Source of the DNA: Dehalococcoidia bacterium
GTDB taxonomy: Bacteria > Chloroflexota > Dehalococcoidia > Plut-88900
Assembly: GCA_965207225.1 (NCBI GenBank)
Contig: CBDBLV010000002.1
Span: forward strand, 64,001 to 128,000
Direction: 5' to 3'
DNA length: 64,000 bases
Numbering within the stretch: position 1 is the stretch's first letter; each line of letters begins with the position of its first letter. Under the pieces are notes generated by a model. That model did not search any database, had not been told where the DNA came from, and saw only the letters and a list, made by a program, of their open reading frames with translations. Below, piece by piece: positions 49,951 through 60,870 of the stretch. The position numbers and the translations under genes were made by a program.

Positions 49951-50772
49951 CTATCCTCCATTCTCGGGACGGTCGTCTTCGAGTCCTTTTTCAGATTGAG
50001 TAAACGACTCAGGCTCCAGCTTTCCCCATCTCAGCAGGAAGAGCCTCAATGGCGCCGCAACAAGGGAGCTCAGCAAGACACCGACGATGGTCAGCGATAC
50101 CGCCGACCAGGCCGGACTGAGTTCAAGCATGTGCGGAACAGTGACTGCAATGATGATGACCGGCAGAAACAGCGTGGCCATGGCAAGTGCCTGCATGCCT
50201 GGACCGCTCAATGGGCAGTCCTTCCGTCGTCCGGCGACCTCCAATATCTTCCGTGCCAGAGGTGCCCAGATAATTCCTCCGAAAATCACCACCGGCACCG
50301 GCAACAGCAGAAGCTCCAACCAACTCTCGTCACCGGCCAGTGCGGCAGTCCAGTAGACCATCGTCAAGGCGATTGCGAGCACCAGCGCCATTAGCAGCAA
50401 CCCGCTCCCGCGCATCAGCTTCCAGACCACCCATCCATAAGGGAGTATGAGCATCGAAACGGCCACGTTGATCGCCAACCCATGCCAATCGAACTCGTCG
50501 ACGGCTGCAAGCAGCAATGCGAGCACGAAGAATGCCGAGATCCCGTACTGTTCCCCTCGCTTCTTCCAGGGTCTCGGTTCGGACAAGAGCTCTTCCACCG
50601 GCAACACGGCGACGAGCAGGCTTATCGAGACACGGGCGGACAGGTCATCTATCACGCTGAAATACCAAGTGAAGGCGTAGATTGGCGCGCAGTGAATCAC
50701 GCTGACCAAGAGAACACCGGGGAGATTGGAACGATACTTCCTGTAAGCGTCGCGAACAAAGGTCAGTCTCAC
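49951..50772 (-). CDS. Multi-pass membrane protein (about 8 TM)
   Basis: Alternating hydrophobic helices. Ends 5 bp from the next gene. Confidence 0.7.
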   Translation of the reverse strand: MRLTFVRDAYRKYRSNLPGVLLVSVIHCAPIYAFTWYFSVIDDLSARVSISLLVAVLPVEELLSEPRPWKKRGEQYGISAFFVLALLLAAVDEFDWHGLAINVAVSMLILPYGWVVWKLMRGSGLLLMALVLAIALTMVYWTAALAGDESWLELLLLPVPVVIFGGIIWAPLARKILEVAGRRKDCPLSGPGMQALAMATLFLPVIIIAVTVPHMLELSPAWSAVSLTIVGVLLSSLVAAPLRLFLLRWGKLEPESFTQSEKGLEDDRPENGG

Positions 50773-50969
50773 TGTCCGCTCTCCTTCCCCAGCGGCATGC
50801 GGTATCCTGCCCGATGCCCTGCAATGATGTGTTTAGGGCTGTCCGTGTCTTTGTCCAAATCGTGCCCGAGCCACCTTAGGTGAATGATGTACGCGCGAAC
50901 CCGTCGATTCCCGCTTCGAGTCGATGCGCAGCCATGTCCTGACCTGTCTTCAGTGGCCCGCATAGAGCA

Positions 50970-51668
50970 TCACTCCCGCGCCGTCGGCTGGAAATTGTTG
51001 CCCAGGTCTGCGTCGTCCACTAGGCCGTTTCGCACGGCCCAGACCACGATCTCCTGCTTCGACTCGACGCCCAGCTTCTCCTGGATGCGGTAGATCGCGT
51101 TCTTGATGGTCGAGGCCTTGTTGCCCCTTGCCTCGGCGATCTGCGCGTAGGACTTGCCGCCGGCGAACATCCTCAGGATCTCCCTTTCACGCTCCGTTAT
51201 CTCCTCCAGCACCCGGCCGGCGGCGATGCCACGCTGCCCCCGTATCAAGGCGAAGACCCTCCTGATCGACCTGTCTGGTATCCGCAGCCGCCCCTTCGCT
51301 ACGTCCCGTATCGCATCCGCCAGCTCCTCCGGCCCCGAGTGTTTCTGCAGGTAGCCCGTCGCGCCCGCGGCGACCGCCTCCACGACGGCATCCTCCGTGG
51401 AGGACGCCGTGAGCATCAGCACCTGCGTTCCCGGCAGCGCCTCCATGATCTCGCGGCAGGCATCGACACCGTCCTTGCCGGGCATCATCACGTCCATCAC
51501 GATAACGTCGGGCTCGACCCGCGCCGCCATCGTGACCGCCTCGACTCCGTCCGAGGCCTGTCCGACGACCTCGAAGTCCTCCTCGCTGCCCAGGGCGTCC
51601 CTCAGCCCGTTCCTCATGATCGGATGGTCGTCTGCCACCATCACCCTGATCCGTTCGCCGGTTGTCAT
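50970..51668 (-). CDS. NarL/LuxR-family response regulator
   Basis: VADDHP, MDVMMP..DG, LT, GYLQK, TEREREIL..IAE HTH. Confidence 0.93.
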   Translation of the reverse strand: MTTGERIRVMVADDHPIMRNGLRDALGSEEDFEVVGQASDGVEAVTMAARVEPDVIVMDVMMPGKDGVDACREIMEALPGTQVLMLTASSTEDAVVEAVAAGATGYLQKHSGPEELADAIRDVAKGRLRIPDRSIRRVFALIRGQRGIAAGRVLEEITEREREILRMFAGGKSYAQIAEARGNKASTIKNAIYRIQEKLGVESKQEIVVWAVRNGLVDDADLGNNFQPTARE

Positions 51669-51688
51669 CTTCAACTCCTCCATAAGAG

Positions 51689-52966
51689 CTATTCGAGCGG
51701 CATCTCGCAGGTCACGGTCGTCCCGCCGCCGGGCCCGCCCGTCTCCACGACGAGCCTCCCGCCCAGCCTCTCGGCATCCGCCTCCATGCCCCTGAAGCCG
51801 CGGCCTGTCTCGGCGTAGTCGTCCGGGAGACCGGCGCCGTCGTCGGATACGGACAGCCGCAGTCCGTCGTTGTCGAACTCCAGCCGGACCTCGACCCGGC
51901 TTGCCTTGGCGTGCAGAAATGCGTTCGTGAGCGCGTTGTGGGCTATGGAAAAGAGGCGTGACTTCGTCTCCACGGCGAGGGGAGGCTCGGTCCCGGTCTG
52001 GAGCAACTCCGCGGGGATCGACGCGGTCTTGGCGAAGTTGTCCGTGTGCGACCACAGCACCCGTCCGAGCTCCCGTCCCTCGAAGAGGTAGCCCTCGTCG
52101 ATGGGCCTTCTCAGCTCCCACATGGCCGCCTTCGACAGCGACGAGGTCGCGGCCAGCGTCTCGGCCAGTTCCTTGTTTCCGTCGCCGGCGAGCTTCATCG
52201 CCCTGTGAACACCCATCGACACCATGTATGCGGTCTGCGCGGCGGTGTCGTGGATGGCCTGGGAGAGCTCGATGCGCTCCCGGTGAAGCTCCCGCTCCCG
52301 TTCGGCCGAGCGCCTCCGCCTCACCCGCTCGAACCGTGCGATCAGGCTCACGCATCCGGCGATGCCGTACATCGCCGCTACTCTCCCGAGCAGGTCCTTC
52401 TCCTCCCCGGAAGCGAAGTCAAGGCCCGGGTGCGCCGTCAGGCTGACGATGGAGTAGACGAGGGTGACCATCGTCGTCCACGCCAGGCTGAGCCACAGTG
52501 ACGTAAAGACCACGGCGAAGAGCGCGAGCGCGACGTAGTATCCGACATATATGTATGTGTTGAAGTCACCGGATATGACGAGGGCGCCGGTGATCAGGGC
52601 GATGTCCATGGCGTGGAGGAAGAGCAGCCAGCGCCACGTCACCGTCCATCCCCTGTGCAGTCGGTAGTGGACCAGGCCGTTGAACACCACCAGCGGCACG
52701 TGCAGGTACAGGTACTCCCTGTGGGTGTCGACCCAGAAATCGGGGCGATACGCCAGCTGGCCCAGGGCGACCGCCCATGTGGCCCACCGGAGCCAGACGG
52801 AGACCCTCGCCGCGAACAGCATCACCTCCGGGTCGGCGTGAACGGTTCGCAGGAGCCACCCGGACTTGCGGGCTCCCGGCGTGGCCGCGCGACCCCGCCG
52901 CCACCAGCGCTTTGCCCGCTGGGCTGCGGCCATTTGAGCTACCACACCGAGACCGTCCTCCGTCAA
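51689..52966 (-). CDS. Membrane sensor histidine kinase (HisKA_3 type)
   Basis: TM N-domain, ERIELSQAIHD, ALTNAFLHA, DDGAG, GRGFRGM. Confidence 0.9.
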   Translation of the reverse strand: MTEDGLGVVAQMAAAQRAKRWWRRGRAATPGARKSGWLLRTVHADPEVMLFAARVSVWLRWATWAVALGQLAYRPDFWVDTHREYLYLHVPLVVFNGLVHYRLHRGWTVTWRWLLFLHAMDIALITGALVISGDFNTYIYVGYYVALALFAVVFTSLWLSLAWTTMVTLVYSIVSLTAHPGLDFASGEEKDLLGRVAAMYGIAGCVSLIARFERVRRRRSAERERELHRERIELSQAIHDTAAQTAYMVSMGVHRAMKLAGDGNKELAETLAATSSLSKAAMWELRRPIDEGYLFEGRELGRVLWSHTDNFAKTASIPAELLQTGTEPPLAVETKSRLFSIAHNALTNAFLHAKASRVEVRLEFDNDGLRLSVSDDGAGLPDDYAETGRGFRGMEADAERLGGRLVVETGGPGGGTTVTCEMPLE

Positions 52967-52979
52967 TAGCGGACTCCCC
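52875..52979 (+). repeat. About 105-bp imperfect direct repeat, copy 1 (5' end of the kinase gene)
   Basis: Matches 57485-57589. Confidence 0.8.
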
Positions 52980-53296
52980 CTTTGTGACTATGTTGAACGA
53001 CTAGCTTCGGGCGCCCCCAAATTACCGTTTCCGATGGGCCGTTGTCGAGTGCCGAACGCACCCCACCACAGGGGTCTATACGACTACACGAACGAGGGCC
53101 TGAAAGTGGTCTGCTTCGCCCTTACAAACACACCACTTTTGGCCCCGTGAATGCATGCGAAACGCCCCCTCCAAAAGCCCTGTCAACAATGTGACGCACG
53201 GCTCTTGTTGACCCCGCTCATTTCCGGCTAGCTTCAGAGTTGACCTATTGCGGCAGTTTCGAGCGCGTCGTCTCCGTGGGATGGCGTGCTCGATGA

Positions 53297-56200
53297 ATGC
53301 GAAAACTCCTATTGAGACGAGGCAGACACATGAGGATTATTGGTGGACTCCAGGACCGGCCGGTGCGAGTGGCCGCGCTCTTTGCAGCGCTCGCGTTGCT
53401 GGCGCTGTTCGCGGCGACATTCGGAGGCGATTTCATCGCGAGGGCCCAGGCGCAGGACGGCGTCATGAACGCCCCGACCCTGACCAGCGACACGCCGGGA
53501 ACAATGGTCGTCACCTGGCAGACCCCCAGCCCCGAACCCAGCGACTACCGCATCGACTACGCGAAGTCCGGCGAGGACTACACCTCCTGGAAGGTTGACG
53601 AGGGACACGCCTACCCGGCCGGCGCGGAGACGACGCTTACCATCGAGGGTCTTGAGGCCGGTGCCGAGTACAAGGTGCGCATGCGGGCGCGCTATAACAC
53701 GGGCGACCACGCGGAGAGCCCCTGGAGCGGCGACTGGACCGACGACGCGACCGTACTCGTGGCGGCCGAGACCGAAGAAAACACCGGGACCCAGGAAGAC
53801 CCCACGCCAACGCCAACCCCAACACCTACACCGACACCCACGCCCCTTCCCAGGGGAACGATACCCGCACTGGCCGCGTCGAGCCTGGAGGCGGGTTCCC
53901 TGACCCTTCTCTGGCAGGCCCCCAGCCCCGCGCCCACGGACTACCGCATCGACTTCGAGAAGTCCGGCGAGGACTACACGTCGTGGAAGGTTGAGGAGGG
54001 CCACGTCTACCCCGCAGGCGCGGAGACGACGGTCACCATCACCGGGCTCGAGCCCGGCGTGGAGTACAAGGTGCGCATGAAGGCGCGCTACTACGACGGC
54101 GACCACGCAGAGAACCCCTGGAGCGGCTCCTATACCGACAACGTCCTGATGGTCGTGGCCGCCAAGCAGTCCGGGCAGGACAGGGGCGCGCGGGGAGCGA
54201 GCGACCCGCCGCCGGACGGCGCAATGAGCGACCCCGAGCTGACCAGCGACACGCCCGGGACCATCGTCGTCACCTGGGAGGTTCCCAGCCCCGAACCCAG
54301 CGACTACCGCATCGACTACGCGAAGTCAGCCGACGAGTACACCTCCCCGGAGGACGAGGACGGTCACGTCTACCCGGCAGGCACGGAGACGACGGCTACG
54401 CTCACCGGCCTCGACGCCGGTGTGGAGTACAAGGTGCGCATGCAGGCCCGCTACGCCGGGGACAATCCCTCGAACGGCCCCTGGACCGGCGACGTGTACA
54501 TCACCGTGGCCTCCGGGAGCGGGAACCTGCTGCCGCCTCCCGGCATCGTGGAGTTCATCGACTCCGACGACCTCGTGACCGCGCAGCAGAGCGAAGTCGA
54601 AACGCTGTACAGCAACCTGGAACAGGAAAGCACGAGTATTGCTAGTAGTACTGCCATTGGCGTCGTTGGAATTGCTCAAACGGACAATGCCGCGGCCGTC
54701 CCGTTCCATACCGGCCGGAACCCGGGTGGCTACCTCCTACAGGGCGCGAAGGTCGACATTGCCAGCGTAACGGGTACTGCTGGTGGCACCTTCCAGGGCA
54801 CGCTGAAGGCGTCTATCTATGACGACTCCGGCGGCACGCCCGGGAGCGAGGTCCACCCCCTGGGTGACATCACCGACCTGATGGACGGGCAGATGCCCGG
54901 GGAAACCACCCTCGAATCGGACGGCTCGTTCCTGTTGCATCCAGGCACGACCTACTGGCTGGTGCTGGAGCTGGACGGCCAGACCTCTGGTTCCTTCGTC
55001 GATCTCCGGGCTACGGAGAGTGAGGAGCCGGACCCGGGCGCCGAGCGCGGCTAGTCCTCCGGCCCTGTCTATGAGCGCGCCACCTCGTCGGGGTCTTGGT
55101 CGGACACTGGTGGCGACAGAACGAAGTTCGCGATTCTGGGCGAGGCGGTGCCCACGCCGGTTCTGATCAGCAACCTGAACCAGACCGAGTCTGGTGCTGA
55201 CCATGAGATAGGCCACCTGGGTTTTACCGCAAATGCAGACGCTGCCCTTGCCATTCCGTTCCGTACCGGCGGAAACCCGAGCGGCTACCTCCTTCAGGGC
55301 GCGACGGTCGATATTGCGAGTGTGACAAAAGCGGGTGCTGGCAGCTTCCAGGGCACGCTGAAGGCGTCTATCCATGACGACTCCGGCGGCACGCCCGGGA
55401 CCGAGGTCCACCCTCAGGGTGGTACCACCCTGATGTCCGGGCAGACTCTCGGGGTAACCACCCTCGACGCGGACGGTCTGGTCGTACTGCTTCCGGACAG
55501 GCGCTACTGGCTGGTTCTGGAGCTGAACGACCAGACCCCTGGTTCCATAGCCTCGCTCCACACCACGGGGAGTCAGGAGGCGGACCCGGGCGGCGAGCCC
55601 GGCTGGTCCTACGGCACCGAGTCACCGTATGAGCGTTTTACTTCGTCGTCGGACTGGACCCAGGCGCGTTCTCTCTCCCACAGAATAAAATTCGCGATTC
55701 TGGGGGAGGCGCTGCCGAATCCCCCGACGCTGATCAGCAACCTGGGGCAGACAAGTGACGACTCTGTGAGAGTCGTCGGCAATGTTAGCGACCAGTTTGG
55801 CCCCAATTCTGTCGACCGTGCGCAGGCCATCCGGTTCTTCACCGGCGCAAATCAGGATGGATATGCCGTGAACGGCGTCCAAGTCGCAATTCCTACAGTC
55901 ACAAATGCGGCATCGGTCAAGCTCAAGGCGGCGATCTACGATGACGCCTCCGGCTCGCCCGGTTCCCTGGTCGGCACTGTGGGAGAGCTAACCGGCCCGA
56001 CGGCCGGGATACTGCCGATCGACGCGGACAGCGACATCACCCTGGATGCGGACACATACTACTGGCTCGTGCTGGAGCTGGACGATGCACTCGCCGGTTC
56101 GACAATCAACTTGTCGGGAACCGGCTCCGAGAACCTGGATCCCGGGAGGGCCCTGTCGGGATGGTCCCTGGGAAGCGCGCTTCAGCGCTGGGGGGCTAAC

Positions 56201-57349
56201 CCTCCGGTGAATTGGACAAGTGCGCCGCGCTTCAAGTTCGCGCTTCTCGGCGAGCCGAACCCTTGCGCGGCGCCAGGCATCACCGACACCTCGGCTGCGG
56301 TCAACATTCCCGACGCCGCGCTGCGCAGCGTTATCGAGGCAGCCCTCGGAAAGAACGCCGGCGACACCATCACCTACGCGGAGCTCGCCACGGTCGAGGA
56401 GATCAGAGCCGAGAACAGCGGTATCGCCAGCATGGAGGGGCTTCAGTATGCGACCGGGCTGAAGGTCTTGTGGCTGAAAGACAACCGGATCTCGTCGTCA
56501 ATCAGCTTCTGCGGCCTGACCAGGTTGGAGAGACTGTTCCTGTCGCGCAACAACATCGGCGGCAGCATCGACCTGACCGGCCTCAACGCCTTGCGCTCGG
56601 TGTGGATCGAACACAACCGCATCACGAGGCTCTGGCTCCCGGCCGCTCCCAACCTCCATACCATGAACGCCAACAATAACCGGCTCGCCTCCGTCGAATT
56701 CAACGGACCCTTGCCCGACCTGGAGACTTTCGACGTCTGGAAGAACAACCTCACGGAGATTGACCTTACCCACGTAGGAGCAACGGGAACGGAAGATAGG
56801 GAAGCTGGTCGATTGGGACATCTCATTCTGGCTGATAACAATCTCACCAGCCTCGACATTCCCGCCACCAAGGGATACGTGTCTGTGTACGCGCAGGACA
56901 ACGAATTGACCTCGGTGACCATCCCGGCCCTCAAGCAACTCGAGGTACTGAACCTGCGGTCCAACAACCTCACCTCAGTCACCTTTGGCGGGAACCCGCC
57001 CAAGCTCACGTACCTCGATCTGGGCCACAACGAGCTGCGAACAGAGGGTCGTAGAAATGACGAAGCCGTGCTCTGGTCGGGCATTAGATTCTCACAGCTC
57101 GAAATCCTCCACCTCTCCGGCAACAAGCTCGACACCTTGAAGTTCGAGAGCAACCAGGTTCCCAAGCTGGCACGGCTCTATTTGGACCACAACAAGGACT
57201 ACAAGTTCGCCCTTTTGAACAGTGAGGCCTTCATCAGCCTCAACAGGTCCAACGCACCCAACCTCACCTACATCGATCTGAGAGGCAACAACGGCAGCGC
57301 CAGCATGGTAACTTCCCGGTGTAGCTCCGGCATGACGTGCCTTTACTGA
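53297..57349 (+). pseudogene. Large surface protein (3 FN3, PT linker, 3 beta-sandwich repeats, LRR) with one in-frame TAG at 55052-55054
   Basis: ORFs 53297-55054 and 55148-57349 are in the same frame. DPGAERG*SSG aligns with DPGGEPGWSYG of the next repeat. LxxLxLxxN repeats. Confidence 0.78.
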
Positions 57350-57484
57350 TCCACCGGTGGCGACTCACGCCGCGTCCACAACTGACACGGCAAACAGCCG
57401 GCGCGCGAGAGACGGTGATAAAGTGGCTCCGGACCGGGGACGAGAGCCTCTCGTCCCGGTCCGGGATGCCCGCTGGAGGAATCG

Positions 57485-57589
57485 CCCGGCCTGGCCCCGC
57501 GACCGCGCCGCCACCAGCGCCTTGCCCGCTGGGCCGCGCCCATTTGAGCCACCACACCGGGACCGTCCTCCGTCAATAGTGGACTCCCC
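57485..57589 (+). repeat. Direct repeat copy 2 (remnant of a paralogous kinase 5' end)
   Basis: Minus-strand MTEDGPGVVAQMGAAQRARRWWRRGR versus MTEDGLGVVAQMAAAQRAKRWWRRGR. Confidence 0.8.
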
Positions 57590-57853
57590 TCTACTTGAAG
57601 GAGAACAACGGAGAAGGCGAAGGCATCGGCAGGCGGCAGTGCACCGCGAACTACAAGGTCAAACCTACCCGCCGCAGGATACGCGAGATGCTGGAACTCA
57701 AACCGGTGCGCGCTGGACCTGCAGAAGACCCCCTACCTTCACACGCTGCGGATGCCCCTGGCAGAGGCCGTCGCGCTAGACGAGGCGGATCTGGCAGCGG
57801 AAGCTCAGGTGGACACGTTCGGCAACGAGTGCGAGGGTCACTGCGGGGTGTGA
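57579..57853 (+). pseudogene. Internally deleted remnant of a phage/MGE-type PAPS-reductase-like gene
   Basis: GIGRRQCTANYKVKPTRRRIREML, then in another frame PYLHTLRMPLAEAV..FGNECEGHCGV*. Confidence 0.55.
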
Positions 57854-58062
57854 ACGGTTGTGCGTGACGCCCCGATGCGAGAATCAGGCTTGCCACCTGA
57901 ATACTCGAATGTCCCCTTTGGGAAAGCCTCCACACCGTCGTTTCCACCACTCCATTTCCCCCTTTCAGAGCACCCGCTATAGGGGCTGCGCCCCTTGACA
58001 CCGGGAGCCGTACCGTTCATAGTACGGGTATGACTAAGTATTACTCGTGAGAACAGAAAAAC

Positions 58063-58287
58063 ATGGCACGTACCACGAAGATCGTCACCTTCTCCATTCC
58101 GCCTGCTATGGAAGAGCAACTGAGGCAGGTGGCCGAGGAGGATGGCCGAACCGTGAGCGAGCTACTGCGCGAGGGGTTTCGCCTCTACCTAGAGGAGCGG
58201 GAATGGCGAAGACGGGAAGGGACGCAGATGCGGCGCTCACGACAAACTACAGACCAAGAGGAAACTGGTAGGGGGAGGGACAGTTGA
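58063..58287 (+). CDS. CopG/RHH protein
   Basis: VTFSIPP..TVSELLREG..EEREWRRRE. Paralog of 12910-13140. Confidence 0.8.
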   Translation: MARTTKIVTFSIPPAMEEQLRQVAEEDGRTVSELLREGFRLYLEEREWRRREGTQMRRSRQTTDQEETGRGRDS

Positions 58288-58805
58288 GGCGACAGATAGA
58301 CCGGCTAAAGCCAATTGTCTCTGGAATCATATCCGGCTTCATCGCCAGAGAACTCAAGGACGCCCGCGAGAGATGGCGACGAGGATTGAAGGGAGAGCAA
58401 CCCTGGCTGTCGGTCCTGATCACCACCGTCAGCATGTACGCATTGTGGCAATGGGCGTTTGGACAGGGTTTCCTTTTTGGGTTGTCATTCCTCACCGCAG
58501 CAACTCTTGCCATCCTGCGCGGCCACATATTTACCCATCCATATCGGCTGATTCTCGTAGCGATGGCGGTGGTGATCGGCTCTCTTGTCATCCCCGGCCT
58601 CAGGGGGGACGCCTGGCAAGCACTTAGAGGAGGGGATGTTATTGGTGCCGTTGCCATTGTGGGGGTAGGCATATTGCTCTGGAGATTGAAGAAGCAGTTG
58701 GAAACTGGACAGACGGGAACCCCCCATCGCGTGCCCCAAAGAGGAGACGCAAATCGCGGCGACGATAGAGCCTTGAGCAACCGAAGAACAAACCCCCGTA
58801 GCTAG
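58284..58805 (+). CDS. Hypothetical membrane protein
   Basis: About 4 hydrophobic segments. Overlaps the RHH stop. Confidence 0.6.
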   Translation: MRRQIDRLKPIVSGIISGFIARELKDARERWRRGLKGEQPWLSVLITTVSMYALWQWAFGQGFLFGLSFLTAATLAILRGHIFTHPYRLILVAMAVVIGSLVIPGLRGDAWQALRGGDVIGAVAIVGVGILLWRLKKQLETGQTGTPHRVPQRGDANRGDDRALSNRRTNPRS

Positions 58806-58819
58806 TGAATCTCAAGTAG

Positions 58820-59263
58820 ATGACCAAGAAGGAGAGACCGATGAACGACAGGAATGACTACATACCAGCCGCCCTCTACGCCAGGGTCTCCAGCGACCGT
58901 CAGGACGTCGATCTGTCCGTGGCGGCTCAGATGCGGGCGCTCCGGGACTACGCCGAGAAGAACGGCTACCTGGTTGCCCGAGAGTACATCGACGAGGCCG
59001 AGAGCGGGCGCGTCGCGGACCGCCCCGAGTTCCGCAAGATGCTCGACGAGGCCACCAAGCCCGACGCCCCCTTTCAGGAAATCCTGGTCTGGAAGTTCTC
59101 GCGCTTCACCCGCAAGCGCGAGCACGCCGTCGCCTTCAAGTCCATGCTCCGGCGCAAGGGCGTCAGGGTCGTCTCTATCACCGAGCAGGCCGACGACTCG
59201 CCAACCGGAAAGCTGCTTGAGGGCATCATCGAGAGCGTGGACGAGTTCTACTCCGAGAACCTG
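58820..59263 (+). pseudogene. LSR4, truncated by an insertion after FYSENL
   Basis: Close to the LSR1 N-terminus up to ESVDEFYSENL, then the homology stops abruptly. Confidence 0.9.
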
Positions 59264-60842
59264 TTACCGGTGGTTCAATTGACTCTAACTCTTCCGTTGG
59301 GATGCCGAGGGTGAGATTGACGTTGTTCTCCCCGTCGATGGTCACCTCGTCGAGAAGGAGCCGCAACACCTCGCGGCGCTCCTCGTCCGGCAGGTCGTCC
59401 AGTCTGTCGCCGACCCGGTTGGCCCACTCGACCACGTGCTCACCCAAAGCCAGCTTCTCCATCGCCGCCATCTCCCTGGCGCGAAGGTCGTCCAGCCCTG
59501 CCCGCAGCGTCTCCAACCGCTCGGTGATGAACTTGCGCTGCCGGTCCATCTGCTCCTCGGTGATCTTCTCGGTGACGTAGAGTCTGATCACCCGGTCTTC
59601 CTCGAACTGCACCCTCTGAAGCTCGCGTTCCGCCCTGGCAATCTGGTTCTCCAGCCCTCCGTCCTCCTGCGTGTCCAGCGACTCGATGCCGGCAACGATG
59701 AGGCCGGGGGACTCCAGCACCTTCTTGACCTCGCCCCAGACCAGTCCCTCCAGCCGCTCCGCACGGATCATCGTGTGCTTGCGGCAACCCGTGCGGAAGT
59801 GCTGCACGCCGTAGCACTTGTAGTAGCGGCGGGGGACGTCCATCTCGTACTTGTAGACCTTGCCGTTGCGCTTGACCGTCCGCTTCCTGGTGGCCATGCA
59901 GCCCATGAGCATCCCGCACCCGGTGCACCGGACAAGGTGCTGCAACAGGTAGAATATCTTGGTGTTGCGGTAGGAGCGGGTGCGTCGCTTCTTCATGAGG
60001 CTCTGGGCCATATCCCAGGTCTGCTCGTCCACTATCTGCGGGAACGGCACGGGTATCCAGGTCTCCCTGTCCTTCTCGTAAACTCTCGTCCCATCCTCGG
60101 TGGATACGTAGCGGGCCTTGCCGTACCACCACGTGCCCTTGTAGGTCTCGTTGCTGAGGATACGGTATACCTGTCCGTCCCACCACCGCTTGCCGCCGTT
60201 GGCGACGGGAACGCCGTCGGCCATGAGACGCTGGCCGATCACCCGCGCTCCAAGGTCGTCCCGCACGCACATGCGGAAGATGCGGCGGACGACCTCGGCC
60301 TCGTCCTCCGCTATCTCGGGCCTGCCGTCGTCCCCGATGCGATAGCCGTAGGGGACGTTGCCGATGGGGATTCGGCCCTGCTTGGCCGCGCCGCGCCTGC
60401 CCATCGACGCCCTCTCCCGGAAGTTGTCCAGCTCGATCTTGCCGATGGCGGCCATGAGGCCGAAGGTCTTCATGTCGATGGCGTCCATGACGGCTTCCAA
60501 CTCTATGTGGTGCGCCTCGACCACCTCCATGAGGGCGGCTGCAGGGTACATGCCCCGGCTGAGCCGGTCGGACTTCCAGCAGACGATGGTGTCGAAGCGT
60601 CCCCGCCTGGCGTCGGCGAGCATCCTCTGAAACTCAGGGCGCTTCTTCGACCAGCCCTGTCCCACCTCCTGGTAGCGGGCCACGATGGTCAGGCCGCGCT
60701 TTTCGCAGTGGGCCTCCATGTCGGATGTCTGCTCGGAGATGGAGGTCTTGTCCTCGGCGTCCTGGCTCTGGTCCGAGACGCGGGCGTAGATGGCCGCCCT
60801 GCCTTCCTTCGCCTTGCGGCGCTGCATCTTGATTCTTGGCAT
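59226..60842 (-). CDS. Large serine recombinase LSR5 (different subfamily)
   Basis: IYARVS, SDRLSR, PYGY, CTGC. Its last codons run antisense into LSR4. Confidence 0.92.
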   Translation of the reverse strand: MPRIKMQRRKAKEGRAAIYARVSDQSQDAEDKTSISEQTSDMEAHCEKRGLTIVARYQEVGQGWSKKRPEFQRMLADARRGRFDTIVCWKSDRLSRGMYPAAALMEVVEAHHIELEAVMDAIDMKTFGLMAAIGKIELDNFRERASMGRRGAAKQGRIPIGNVPYGYRIGDDGRPEIAEDEAEVVRRIFRMCVRDDLGARVIGQRLMADGVPVANGGKRWWDGQVYRILSNETYKGTWWYGKARYVSTEDGTRVYEKDRETWIPVPFPQIVDEQTWDMAQSLMKKRRTRSYRNTKIFYLLQHLVRCTGCGMLMGCMATRKRTVKRNGKVYKYEMDVPRRYYKCYGVQHFRTGCRKHTMIRAERLEGLVWGEVKKVLESPGLIVAGIESLDTQEDGGLENQIARAERELQRVQFEEDRVIRLYVTEKITEEQMDRQRKFITERLETLRAGLDDLRAREMAAMEKLALGEHVVEWANRVGDRLDDLPDEERREVLRLLLDEVTIDGENNVNLTLGIPTEELESIEPPVTGSRSRTRPRSR

Positions 60843-60870
60843 GGTTGTCTCCTCTGTGTATAGGACTTGG

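Noticed and set aside
50970-52355. 461-aa ORF as a long response regulator
   Set aside because: The N-part is an alternate frame of the kinase gene. The real start is 51668, with a GGAG RBS.
53800-53850. Short tandem repeat resembling a CRISPR array or VNTR
   Set aside because: It encodes a Pro-Thr linker. No spacer-repeat periodicity or cas genes were seen anywhere in the window.
55052-55054. Pyrrolysine or stop-codon recoding at in-frame TAGs (also 62653)
   Set aside because: TAG is used as a normal stop by many genes here and no pyl genes are visible. A TGG-to-TAG point change is simpler.
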